DNA of 64,000 bases from the NCBI GenBank assembly GCA_963693365.1, contig CAVNZM010000009.1, forward strand, positions 4,966,245-5,030,244, read 5' to 3'. The stretch comes from Amoebidium appalachense. Taxonomy: Eukaryota; Protista; Ichthyosporea. Within the stretch, counting starts at the first letter, position 1, and each line of letters starts with the position of its first letter. Position numbers and translations under genes: made by a program. The notes beneath the pieces are model-generated. The model was not told the DNA's origin and searched no databases. It saw only the letters and a program-made list of their open reading frames with translations. This document shows, piece by piece, positions 20,978 to 30,693 of the stretch.

Positions 20978-21706
20978 ATGAACCGGCCGGTGGAAAAGAG
21001 GGTGCTGTCCAACCCCGAGGAACTGCAAGCCTTTGTCAACGACCCAACGTGGTTTCATCCCGCCGCGCTCGTTGCGGGTGGGGTCGAGACCCGAGCACTG
21101 GGTGTAGTCCGCATCGTCTACCCAGAGCCGCCCGACTTTGCGGACGAATTCGGCACCATTCGCAGGGGCAGGAGGTCGGTGCTGACTGCCCCACTCAGGT
21201 TTGTGTGCAAGCACACGGACTTCTCCGATTCCTGGTATGACCCTCCGCGGGTGACGGCCGACGGCCGCGCAACGGGCTTCTGGGGGTTTGTTATTGATGC
21301 GGGGGGTGACTGGGTTGATGACAAGCTGCTCATGGTGACGTACAGCGCTGCACTGAATGTCTTTCAGTGGATGGTGGTCTTTAACCATCCGCCGGATTGG
21401 GTAGAAGTCATGCCCTACTACACAGAGACCCCCACCTTGATCTTTGAGCGCCCGCTCCCCGGTGTCCCCACACTCGCACAGACAGTGTCCGTTGGGCTCA
21501 TCCGAAACATGGCAGCCGAGCCCCATGTGCACAGCCGCTTCGGGATCCACAGAGGCTTATCGGCCGGGCTGGAGCAGTTGCTGTCCCATGAGGCCATCCA
21601 GACCATGCTAGGCTTCGGCAACACGCTCTACGGGCTGCTCGGCATCACCCCCGAGGGGGCTGCGTACATGGGCACCACCGACTGGCCCATCGACTACAGC
21701 GAGTGA
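20978..21706 (+). CDS. Hypothetical protein
   Basis: 242-aa intronless ORF of ordinary composition. Confidence 0.7.
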   Translation: MNRPVEKRVLSNPEELQAFVNDPTWFHPAALVAGGVETRALGVVRIVYPEPPDFADEFGTIRRGRRSVLTAPLRFVCKHTDFSDSWYDPPRVTADGRATGFWGFVIDAGGDWVDDKLLMVTYSAALNVFQWMVVFNHPPDWVEVMPYYTETPTLIFERPLPGVPTLAQTVSVGLIRNMAAEPHVHSRFGIHRGLSAGLEQLLSHEAIQTMLGFGNTLYGLLGITPEGAAYMGTTDWPIDYSE

Positions 21707-22189
21707 GGCCCTGCGCGTGGGGGGCTGTGGGGGGCTGGGGGGGGGTGGGGGCTGGGGGTGCCTTGTGAGCGCGTGAGCGCGTGTGCCTCGCGCGCGGATA
21801 AATTGGCTATTCACGCGCTTGTGCGCGCGCACGGGGCCTGGGGGCCTGGGGGTTCGTGTGCCCCTTTTATACCTGCACACCGCTTGACGTTGCCCATTGA
21901 CAATCACACCTCGCACCGACCTGGTCAGTGCGGCGTGGGTGGCTGGGAGGGGCTGGGAGGGGCTGGGAGGGGCTGGGGGTGGCTGGGGGTGCCTCGTCTG
22001 CCTCGCGTGCCTCGCATGCCTCGCGCGCAGAACGGCTGTGTGTGGTGTGTGTGCGTGTGCCCGTGTGCCTCGCCTGCCGCGCATGCCTCGCGTGCCTCGC
22101 GTGCCTCTTCCTTTATTGTTCCTTGTGTGCCCCCCACAGCCACCCCCAGCCACCCCAGCCACCCGGGCCCCAGGGGAGGTGTCACGCCA

Positions 22190-22603
22190 TCAACGCCCGG
22201 ACTTCCGAGCCTCTGGCGTAGCGGCGGGTGCCGTGTGCACGGGTGGGGGGGCACTGTGGGGCCCAACCGGAAACAGCCCATACAGGATGTCCTCCTCGCA
22301 CGTCACCATGATCTCGTGCTTGTCCATGATCCTCATGGCGTGCGCGATGGTTTCGGCGGGCACAGGCGGGCCGTGGTTGAACAGGTGCACGCGCATCTCC
22401 TTGTCGGGGTGGAAGTGGTGGTTCGCCAGCACGTTCGCCATGGCGGTCTTCCAGTCGGCCAGCTGCTCGACCTGGACGATCTGGTGGTCCGTCAGCACGT
22501 CGATGCGCCCGACCTTGGTGAGCGTGTCCTCGACGCCTTCCAGCCGGTCGGCCAGCTCGTATACGACCATGTTCCGTGCGAACTCAAGCTCGGTGTCCGT
22601 CAT
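22190..22603 (-). CDS. PD-(D/E)xK nuclease-like protein, degenerate active site
   Basis: GRIDVLTDHQIVQVE...WKTAMANVLA. Confidence 0.7.
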   Translation of the reverse strand: MTDTELEFARNMVVYELADRLEGVEDTLTKVGRIDVLTDHQIVQVEQLADWKTAMANVLANHHFHPDKEMRVHLFNHGPPVPAETIAHAMRIMDKHEIMVTCEEDILYGLFPVGPHSAPPPVHTAPAATPEARKSGR

Positions 22604-23215
22604 CACATACCGCACACATAAAATTCGCGTGCCGCCCCAACCGGGTTACCCATTGACAATCACACATCGCACTTTCGACCTTGTGTGTGCGCCCGACAAT
22701 GTTGCGGCGCGTGGGGGGCTGGGGGTGGCTGGGGGTGGCTGGGCGGGGCTGGGGGTGGCTGGGGGCGCGGGTGCCTCGCGTGCCTCGCATGCCTCGTGTG
22801 CTGAGTAACGTTACCCCTCTACAGAGCAGTTACACAGAGACCAAATACAGATACACGGTCACTCACTGTTGCAACGAAGCTAAAGTCGCCACACACGAAG
22901 CTAAACCCAAACCATGTTTCACTAATAGAAATTAGCTTTTTAGCTATATTTTAATACGATTTAGCTTCGTTAGCTATGATAGCTGGATAAAAATGAAGTC
23001 AACCCATGGCAAAACATAAGTACAGAGCTGTGTGTGTGTGTGTTTGTGCAGGGACCCCAAAAAACATCCAGCTATCCTGCTAAAGTAGCTAACTGTGATA
23101 TTCAGCCAATCACAATCACGAAAAAAACATTTCAGCCAATGAAATCGCCCGATCTGGGTGTCGACGAAGCTACACAACGAAACTATCAAAGCTAAATAGA
23201 GTGTTTTTGGTATGG

Positions 23216-25273
23216 TCACTGGAAACTCATGATTTTTGCAAAATCGAGCAAATGAGCACGTGTGTGTCTTCCAGGCGCCCCTCTTGAAACTCTTCCACCT
23301 GCAGGCACGAAGGCCGAACCTCCAAACACCTGCGTCAGTACCGTGCCGAGCCTCTTGACCCCGACAACCTTTCGGCTATCCATCATGTTTGCATCGGCCC
23401 ACTCTTTCATGCACTCCACCAAGCCACCCGTTGTGGCCCAGGTGCCATCCTCGAGACCAAAAACATCTGTTCCCTCTGCGCCAGTTGCGACATCCCTCAG
23501 AAATTGTATCTCGATGGGCAGACTCTTCTCCATGAGCTTCTGTTTGAGATTTGTTTGTGGCGGCGGCGGCATTGTTTTAGGGACACCAGGAAGGTCCAAG
23601 AAGAAGTGAAACAGAGCCTCCAGCACTTCGGGTTGCCTGTGATATCTGACGAACTCGTCGAAGTATCGAAGCTGGCCCACCCGGCTACTGTTTGCCTCGA
23701 GACATATGAATCTCCGATCAGATAGCTCCACACGAACGGGCCAGTCTTCGTTTGACAGAAACACGTAGCGCTCGAAGTTTTTGGTGTAGATGCCATCCAC
23801 CCCCTTTTTCTCCAAAAGGCTGTCTTCTTGTGTGATCAGACTTTTGATAAGGTTGTTGGCCTCGTGGCTCCCACCAAAGACACACTCGTCGATAACAGCT
23901 AGTAGTTTGTGGTTGAGGTGGGAGTTGAACTTGCTGGATATGTGTTCCTTGTTCTTCACGTAGGCGTAGTATTCCGAGCCAACGAGCGCCTTGAGTACGT
24001 CGAAGAACACGTTTTTTCCGGTGCCCTGGACTGACTTGACGAGAACCGCCGCTCCAGACTTAGTGTCCGGATACTGGAAGATCTGGGCCACCCACTTAAG
24101 AAGGTATTCGAATGCCTCGGCGTTTCCATCGGCAAGCACCTCGAATGCGTGGCGTATGAACATCTCAATGCCCCCGTATTCACGTACACGGTACTTGTCG
24201 AGGAGCAGATCCGGCATGACCACAACCTGCTGGCCAGGATGGTAGGGGATCACGGGGCATTCTGGACCCATGAAACGGAAGCCCTCGGTGTACTTGATGG
24301 GGAAGCCGCGAAAGAAGTTATATGTGAACAAGGCTCCTTGGCGGTACTTTGGGTTTGTCTCTCCTGTCTTGGGATTGGGCGACGCGGGGTCAAAGACTGC
24401 TAGTCCATAACGAGGAATGCGGCGTCCCATAAGGAAGTCAATGCCGGTGTATGTCCGCTTGATTTCACAACCCTCGCCCTCCATCCACTCGACCACAAAA
24501 CCCTGCATGGTGCATTTCATGTCTTTTTCGGTCAACGTCTTGAGTGTGTACACGCCCTTGTCATGGCACCACACCTTCAAGAGGTAGAGGGAGGTTCCGC
24601 TGATTTTTCCCACCCACTTCTGCAGGTACTCGACGAGCTCAGTTTCCTTCCAGGTGGTTGGTAGCAGGTCCGGCATGAACTCGTATCCACCCGGAGGGTC
24701 GGTCGACTCCTGCTCCAGAACACGAAACACCTCCTCAATATGAGCCAGCCGCTTGCTGTCCTTTTTCGCAACCACAGCGGGGACAGCTGCCGTACAAGGT
24801 GCTTCGCCGAATGTGGTCGTATGGGGCCCCTGGGTCCAACGCGTCGCGGTCGTCCAGTCGAGAATCGGGTTCATTACTACCCTGTTGGCCAAAGGAAATT
24901 TCTCCTTGGCCCATGACTTGAGCGCAGCTCTGTTAGGCCCGGGAGCTGGGTGGCGGGTGTTGCACTCGTAGTGTGCGGTCTTGTGGCGCTTGGACTGACG
25001 GGTGGTTATTTCGGCATAAACCAGTCCAAACTGTCGCTTGAGGGAATTGTGGAGGTCGTTGTGATCGAAGGGCTCATTGTCCACCGTAACTTCCCGGGAC
25101 CCCTGTGGTGCAAAGACTGCGAGGTACCAGTCAGGACAGGCACTGCGGCGCGAGAGCCCTTGGTTTGCCTGCTTGGGTTGATCTGCACCCTCGCAGCAAA
25201 CCTCGTATTCGGTCTTCTCCGTATCCTTGCCGTCGCACCGGGCAGTGTTCATGTTTGAGCGAATGACATCCAT
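23216..25273 (-). CDS. SF3/DUF5906-like helicase with C-terminal winged-helix-like domain
   Basis: YNFFRG; Walker A SVQGTGKN; Walker B AVIDE; IKSLIT..EKKG; FLSN; DRRF. Confidence 0.88.
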   Translation of the reverse strand: MDVIRSNMNTARCDGKDTEKTEYEVCCEGADQPKQANQGLSRRSACPDWYLAVFAPQGSREVTVDNEPFDHNDLHNSLKRQFGLVYAEITTRQSKRHKTAHYECNTRHPAPGPNRAALKSWAKEKFPLANRVVMNPILDWTTATRWTQGPHTTTFGEAPCTAAVPAVVAKKDSKRLAHIEEVFRVLEQESTDPPGGYEFMPDLLPTTWKETELVEYLQKWVGKISGTSLYLLKVWCHDKGVYTLKTLTEKDMKCTMQGFVVEWMEGEGCEIKRTYTGIDFLMGRRIPRYGLAVFDPASPNPKTGETNPKYRQGALFTYNFFRGFPIKYTEGFRFMGPECPVIPYHPGQQVVVMPDLLLDKYRVREYGGIEMFIRHAFEVLADGNAEAFEYLLKWVAQIFQYPDTKSGAAVLVKSVQGTGKNVFFDVLKALVGSEYYAYVKNKEHISSKFNSHLNHKLLAVIDECVFGGSHEANNLIKSLITQEDSLLEKKGVDGIYTKNFERYVFLSNEDWPVRVELSDRRFICLEANSSRVGQLRYFDEFVRYHRQPEVLEALFHFFLDLPGVPKTMPPPPQTNLKQKLMEKSLPIEIQFLRDVATGAEGTDVFGLEDGTWATTGGLVECMKEWADANMMDSRKVVGVKRLGTVLTQVFGGSAFVPAGGRVSRGAPGRHTRAHLLDFAKIMSFQ

Positions 25274-25328
25274 TGTGGTAGTGAAGGGGATAGATAATAT
25301 TTGACGGTCTGAGGTCTGGCAAGCGCTT

Positions 25329-25784
25329 TTATACCTTCGGGCTGGGCACAAGACTGGGGTGTTCAGTCTCGACGTGCCTGTTCAGGGTTGTAGACCAGGC
25401 AAATGCAGCCTGGCACTGGTCGAAGGGGCATGTAAAACGCCCGCTTGCGCGCCGGGGCCGTCTCGGCAGCTGACACCCTTCATGAGCTGTTCGTCGGTGA
25501 ACCCACAAACCCGCAGGATAGACGTAAGTGGCTGGACAGTCTGGGCATTGATAGGGTCGGCTGCCAGAGTGTGTGCGCTGGTGCAGTTTCATGTGGTCGC
25601 TGCGGGCAAAGCTTGCAAAGCAGCCGGGTTGTGGACAGGCATATGCGCCGGTGCTATTATTCTTGTGGGTATTTTCGTGTCTTTTTAGATTTGCCTTGAA
25701 TGTGAACATTGCTGAACACAGTGTGCAAGCGTGGCGCTTCGGGTTAGGGGGTGTCTCTATGGTTGGCGTGTATTGGAGGTCCAT
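25329..25784 (-). CDS. C2H2 zinc-finger protein (4 fingers)
   Basis: CTLC..H..H, CPQPGC, HSGSRPYQCPDC linker, CPFDQC. Confidence 0.9.
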   Translation of the reverse strand: MDLQYTPTIETPPNPKRHACTLCSAMFTFKANLKRHENTHKNNSTGAYACPQPGCFASFARSDHMKLHQRTHSGSRPYQCPDCPATYVYPAGLWVHRRTAHEGCQLPRRPRRASGRFTCPFDQCQAAFAWSTTLNRHVETEHPSLVPSPKV

Positions 25785-25876
25785 TACTGCTAAGTGGCAA
25801 GAAAAGAAACATGATAACGCTTTATATAACCCCTGGTCTTCTTCGTCGGCCACTGATTTTTTTGTGACCTACAGTG

Positions 25877-26560
25877 ATGGCCACCTACAACGAGGCGTTT
25901 GTCAGCGACAAATTGGCACGGATTGAAGGTGGGAAACGCGAAGTGGTGACCCCCGCGGGCCGCATCGACCTGCTCACAGACACGGACATCATCGAGGTCA
26001 AGCGCGCACCGCAGTGGAAGGCCGCAATGGGACAGGTGCAGGCGTACATGAAGTACTACCCGAGCCACCGACCACGGGTCCATCTGTTCGGCTATGCGTC
26101 AGCAGACGTGTTCAAGGTGGCCATCGAAACAATGTCAGACTTTAATATATGTGTGACGGTGGAACCTGACACGATGCAGCTTGTGTGGGGAAACCGACCA
26201 ACTGCTACGCCCTCCAGGCCACAGGCTGGTTCTGTTTCGGTGGAGGTACAGTTCTTGAAGGACGTGGCCAACGGATACGGTGTTGCAGCATCACAACTGG
26301 CGGAAGGGGGGATGTGGGTGACGACTGGCGGGATGCTGGAACTGATGCGCACCTGGGCGAGCACAAGGGGAACGGGTACGGAAATTCGGGTGGGATCCAA
26401 AAGGTTGGGTTCGTGCCTCAAAAAGGTCCTTGGGGAGCGCAGCTGGGTCTACTCGAATATGGTGAAAATAGGGAACCCCACATCGGAAACAACTATGGGG
26501 TATCGATTCGACAGAGACAAGGTCCTGAACTTTGAGAACAGCGGCCAGGCCGACGAATAG
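25877..26560 (+). CDS. PD-(D/E)xK nuclease fused to a helicase-type C-terminal domain
   Basis: GRIDLLTDTDIIEVK...WKAAMGQVQAY; C-terminus parallels the helicase tail. Confidence 0.8.
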   Translation: MATYNEAFVSDKLARIEGGKREVVTPAGRIDLLTDTDIIEVKRAPQWKAAMGQVQAYMKYYPSHRPRVHLFGYASADVFKVAIETMSDFNICVTVEPDTMQLVWGNRPTATPSRPQAGSVSVEVQFLKDVANGYGVAASQLAEGGMWVTTGGMLELMRTWASTRGTGTEIRVGSKRLGSCLKKVLGERSWVYSNMVKIGNPTSETTMGYRFDRDKVLNFENSGQADE

Positions 26561-26760
26561 GGCGACCACATGCAGCACGCGCACGCCCGGGCGCGTGTGC
26601 GTCTGGAATCCATCAAACCCATGAACGGTAAAAAATGGGGAAGCTCCGCGCGCGTACAATGCGCTGGCTGGCGAAACAGTCAAAGCCTGGTGTGGGGGGC
26701 TATTTTTAGGGATACCGGGTGTCTGTGTGTGGTGTATTTTTTATTCGTACACTGTATAGG

Positions 26761-27117
26761 ATGTCTGCGGTAGGCTACGACGAGGCGTTCGTGCGCGAGC
26801 GACTGGCCGAGCTCGAGGACGGGGTGTGCGGGGTGCCCACACGGGCCGGCCGGATCGACGTGCTGACGAGCACGCAGGTCATCGAGGTCCAGCGCGCGTC
26901 GCAGTGGAAGACGGCGATCGGAAACGTGCTCGCATACAGCCACTACTACCCCGACCGCCAGCCGAGGATCCACCTGTTCGACTATGCGCCGGCAGACGTG
27001 TACAGGATTGCCGTGCAAACCATCACGTCGCTCAACATCACGCTTACAACCGAAGAGGACACGTTGCAGCTGATTTGGGGGGACGACGCGGGCAAAGACG
27101 TAAAAGACGAAAAATAA
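26761..27117 (+). CDS. PD-(D/E)xK nuclease-like paralog (EVQ variant)
   Basis: GRIDVLTSTQVIEVQ...WKTAIGNVLAY; stop inside AATAAA. Confidence 0.75.
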   Translation: MSAVGYDEAFVRERLAELEDGVCGVPTRAGRIDVLTSTQVIEVQRASQWKTAIGNVLAYSHYYPDRQPRIHLFDYAPADVYRIAVQTITSLNITLTTEEDTLQLIWGDDAGKDVKDEK

Positions 27118-27175
27118 ATAAATAAGCCACGGGCAAAAAGGTCAAAGCAGCGCAGAGTTTGCCAATATCCGGTCA

Positions 27176-27285
27176 AAGCTAGCGCAAAGTAGTGAACATT
27201 CAATAAAGCTAGCGCACACGGTAATAGCGCTCATGACCCTACTCTCAAACAACACAGGTGCAAGCGCACGCATATCCCCCCCCCC

Positions 27286-27327
<42 letters not shown>

Positions 27328-27440
27328 GCGCCCGGTGATAGCGCTGATGACCCATCTCTCCAACAACACATGTGCAAGCGCACGGTGATTGCGCTCACGA
27401 CCCTACTCTCAAACAACACAGGTGCAAGCGCACGCATTCC

Positions 27441-27490
<50 letters not shown>

Positions 27491-27583
27491 GCGCCCGGTG
27501 ATAGCGCTGATGACCCATCTCTCCAACATGCGCTCATGACCTTTCTCTCAAACAACACAGGTGCAAGCGCAAGCATTGCCCCC

Positions 27584-27614
<31 letters not shown>

Positions 27615-27671
27615 ACACAAAGCGCCCGGTGATAGCGCTGATGACCCATCTCTCCAACATGCGCAAGCATT

Positions 27672-27702
<31 letters not shown>

Positions 27703-27855
27703 ACCCACCCACCCCCCTACACACGCACAAACACAAAGCGCCCGGTGATAGCGCTCATGCCCCTTCTCTCACACAACACATGTGGAAGCGCCCGGTGATA
27801 GCGCTCATGAGCCTACACTCAAACATAACAGGTGCAACCACACGCATTGCCCCCC

Positions 27856-27895
<40 letters not shown>

Positions 27896-28248
27896 ACACA
27901 CGTACAAACACAAAGCGCCCGGTGATAGCGCTCATGCCCCTTCTCTCACACAACACATGTGGAAGCGCCCGGTGATAGCGCTCATGAGCCTACACTCAAA
28001 CATAACAGGTGCAACCACACGCATTGCCCCCACCCCACCCCCCCCCCCCCCCCCCCCCCACCCCCCCCCCCCCCCCCCCCCCCCCCACCCCCCCACCCCC
28101 CCCCCCCCCCCCCCCCCCCACACACGCACAAACACAAAGCGCCCGGTGATAGCGCTCATGCCTCTTCTCTCACACAACACATGTGGAAGCGCCCGGTGAT
28201 AGCGCTCTTGCGCCTACACTCAAACATAACAGGTGCAAGCACACGCAT

Positions 28249-28290
<42 letters not shown>

Positions 28291-28740
28291 ACACACGCAC
28301 AAACACAAAGCGCCCGGTAATAGCGCTCATGCCCCTTCTCTCAAACAACACATGTGGAAGCGCCCGGTGATAGCGCTCACAACCCTGCTCTCAAACAACA
28401 CATGTGGAAGCGCCCGGTGATAGCGCTCATGACCCTACTCTCAAACAACACATGTGCAAGCGCACGCATTGAACCCCCCCCCCCCCCCCCCTCACACACA
28501 CACACACACACACACATGCACACGGTGGCTGCGTATCACCGTGCGCTTGCACCTGTGTTGTTTGAGAGTAGGGTCATGAGCGCTATCACCGTGCGCTTGC
28601 ACCTGTGTTGTTGGAGAGTAGGGTCATGAGCGCTATCACCGTGCGCTTGCACCTGTGTTGTTGGCGAGTAGGGTCAATGACATGATCGCTATCACCATAC
28701 CCTTGCTCATGAGCGCCCCCCCCCCCCCCCCCCCCAAAAA
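27176..28740. repeat. Complex satellite with an inverted block (foldback-like)
   Basis: AAGCGC[C/A]CGGTGATAGCGCTCATG units with poly-C/(CA)n; inverted units at ~28530-28700. Confidence 0.85.
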
Positions 28741-28801
28741 AAACCCTCCTCCCATCTACCCGCACAACCCCAACCCCACATTATATCGTGCACCGGGTAA
28801 C

Positions 28802-29194
28802 ATGGACGCTGGCGCACCCCTTCCCCCACCCAGCCCATTCGCACCCCCTCCCCCGATCCGCACAAGCCCGCGCAGCACCCCCGGGCCCTCCCCCATCCTA
28901 CTGGCCATCCTGGCCGGCCTGATCCTCTACGTGCTCTGGGACACGTTCAGCCCACGTGTGCGGCGGCGCCTGGCGGTGCTCAAGTGCCAGCGCGCGTGCC
29001 CAATGTGTGCCAGCTGCGGCAGCTGCGTTCCCCGCCGCAAGTGTGCGCACTGCCCCCGCTGCCACGTGTGCGGTGCCAGCCCCGCCCGGTGCGCACAGTG
29101 CCCCGCATGCACGCGCTGCCCGCCCGAGCAGAAGTGCCCGGCGTGCCCCACGTGTGCGCATGCGCCTGCGGTGGTGATCAAGGAGCGCACTTGA
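28802..29194 (+). CDS. Membrane protein with CxxC-rich tail
   Basis: Pro-rich N-terminus, TM ILLAILAGLILYVLW, repeated CPxC. Confidence 0.75.
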   Translation: MDAGAPLPPPSPFAPPPPIRTSPRSTPGPSPILLAILAGLILYVLWDTFSPRVRRRLAVLKCQRACPMCASCGSCVPRRKCAHCPRCHVCGASPARCAQCPACTRCPPEQKCPACPTCAHAPAVVIKERT

Positions 29195-29230
29195 AGGGTT
29201 GGGTGAGCAGAGATTTTTGTGGCATAGAGT

Positions 29231-29491
29231 ATGGCGTACCGATGGGAGTACAAGCTGAAGGAGGAGCCCGGCAAGGCACCCGTGGTGCAGGCAACTATTG
29301 TGCCGACCGAGGCCACCACCCGGCGGACGCAGATGGAGCAACGAGTATATGCACAAGAGCTTGCGGAAAAGGGCTATATAGATCTGCCCGATGAGTTGGC
29401 GGAGAAGTGTGGATTCAAGAAGTGGGTGCCCAAGAATCAACGACAGACAGCAATTGTACTGCAGAAGATGATGGAGCCTGAGGATGCATAG
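29231..29491 (+). CDS. Small hypothetical protein
   Basis: 86-aa ORF, last gene of the dense block. Confidence 0.55.
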   Translation: MAYRWEYKLKEEPGKAPVVQATIVPTEATTRRTQMEQRVYAQELAEKGYIDLPDELAEKCGFKKWVPKNQRQTAIVLQKMMEPEDA

Positions 29492-29697
29492 AGACCTACA
29501 CAAGCCAAAGGATGAATGGACTCACACCACAAACATGGAAAATGTAAATGACGAGAGAATCTCCACAAACATGGAAAATGTAAATGACGAGAGAATCTGT
29601 TGGGATGTTTAATTTTGATGAGCTGGAGTCTATCTCCCCCCCCCCCCCCTCCCCCCTCCCCTACACCGTTCAATGAAAACTTGGTAGCATGTGTATC

Positions 29698-29798
<101 letters not shown>

Positions 29799-30042
29799 CA
29801 ATGTACGTGCCAGTGTGCTCGTACACAGATTGAAAAGGAGACTTGGGGTATATTAAATGGAGTCTCTCCCGCTACCACGGGCAAATACATTCAATAGTCA
29901 TTACGGAAACTTGGTACTGTTACCGGGCAAATACAATATACATGAAAATTTGGATAAGATTGAAGCAGATCACATTCGAATAAACATTACAGAAAACTTG
30001 GTATGAAAACTTTGTACCACGTCTTTCCTCCACCACACCCAT

Positions 30043-30285
30043 CACAAACCCTAAGTAAGATGTGAATGTGGGGCCTACCCGCCGCCACCACCACAACTAC
30101 GTTTCCCCCACCGCACCCACCACAAACCCTAAGTAAGATGTGAATGTGGGGCCTACCCGCCGCCACCACCACAACTACGTTTCCCCCACCGCACCCACCA
30201 CAAACCCTAAGTAAGATGTGAATGTGGGGCCTACCCGCCGCCACCACCACAACTACGTTTCCCCCACCGCACCCACCACAAACCA
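30043..30285. repeat. 78-bp tandem repeat x3
   Basis: CACAAACCCTAAGTAAGATGTGAATG at 30043, 30121, 30199. Confidence 0.9.
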
Positions 30286-30293
30286 TGTGTGGT

Positions 30294-30635
30294 CTACCCA
30301 CTCAAAAGCTCCTCCTCGAACTGCTCAAGCTCCTCCTCGAACTGCTCGATGTCAGCCTTGTACTTCTCTCTCAGCTTTTTCCACTGTGCATGGGACACCT
30401 GTGGGTTGATAGTTGGGTGTAAGTAGTAGTCCAGCCAGGTGATTTGTTTATGCAAGGCTCAGACATCACTGTATGCCATTACCTCAAACACACCCACGCA
30501 CCCACCAATACACCACCATGGCACACACCCACAGGAAACGAACTCCTACGTGTGGACCAGGTCAAGAAAAACTCTGCAAGGACTCAAAAAACCGTTTTTA
30601 CGAACCCCTACATGTAATTGTGAATGCTAGGGCAT

Positions 30636-30693
<58 letters not shown>

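Larger units (their letters stand above)
19760..22800. repeat. Dispersed intergenic G-rich repeat family (GGGGGCTGGGGG[T/G] plus GCCTCGCGT iterations)
   Basis: Copies at ~19760-19920, 21710-21800, 21930-22110, 22700-22800. Confidence 0.85.
1..29500. mobile_element. Giant endogenous viral element (NCLDV-derived), core region; left end lies outside the window, may extend to ~43 kb
   Basis: Densely packed intronless ORFs with NCLDV-type genes (A22 resolvase, Nudix, SF3 helicase, penton-like, KilA-N, T5orf172), abutting microsatellite- and intron-rich eukaryotic DNA. Confidence 0.88.

Noticed and set aside
30043-30285. Telomeric repeat or telomere addition site (AAACCCTAA)
   Set aside because: Only one motif per 78-bp unit, with no tandem telomere run
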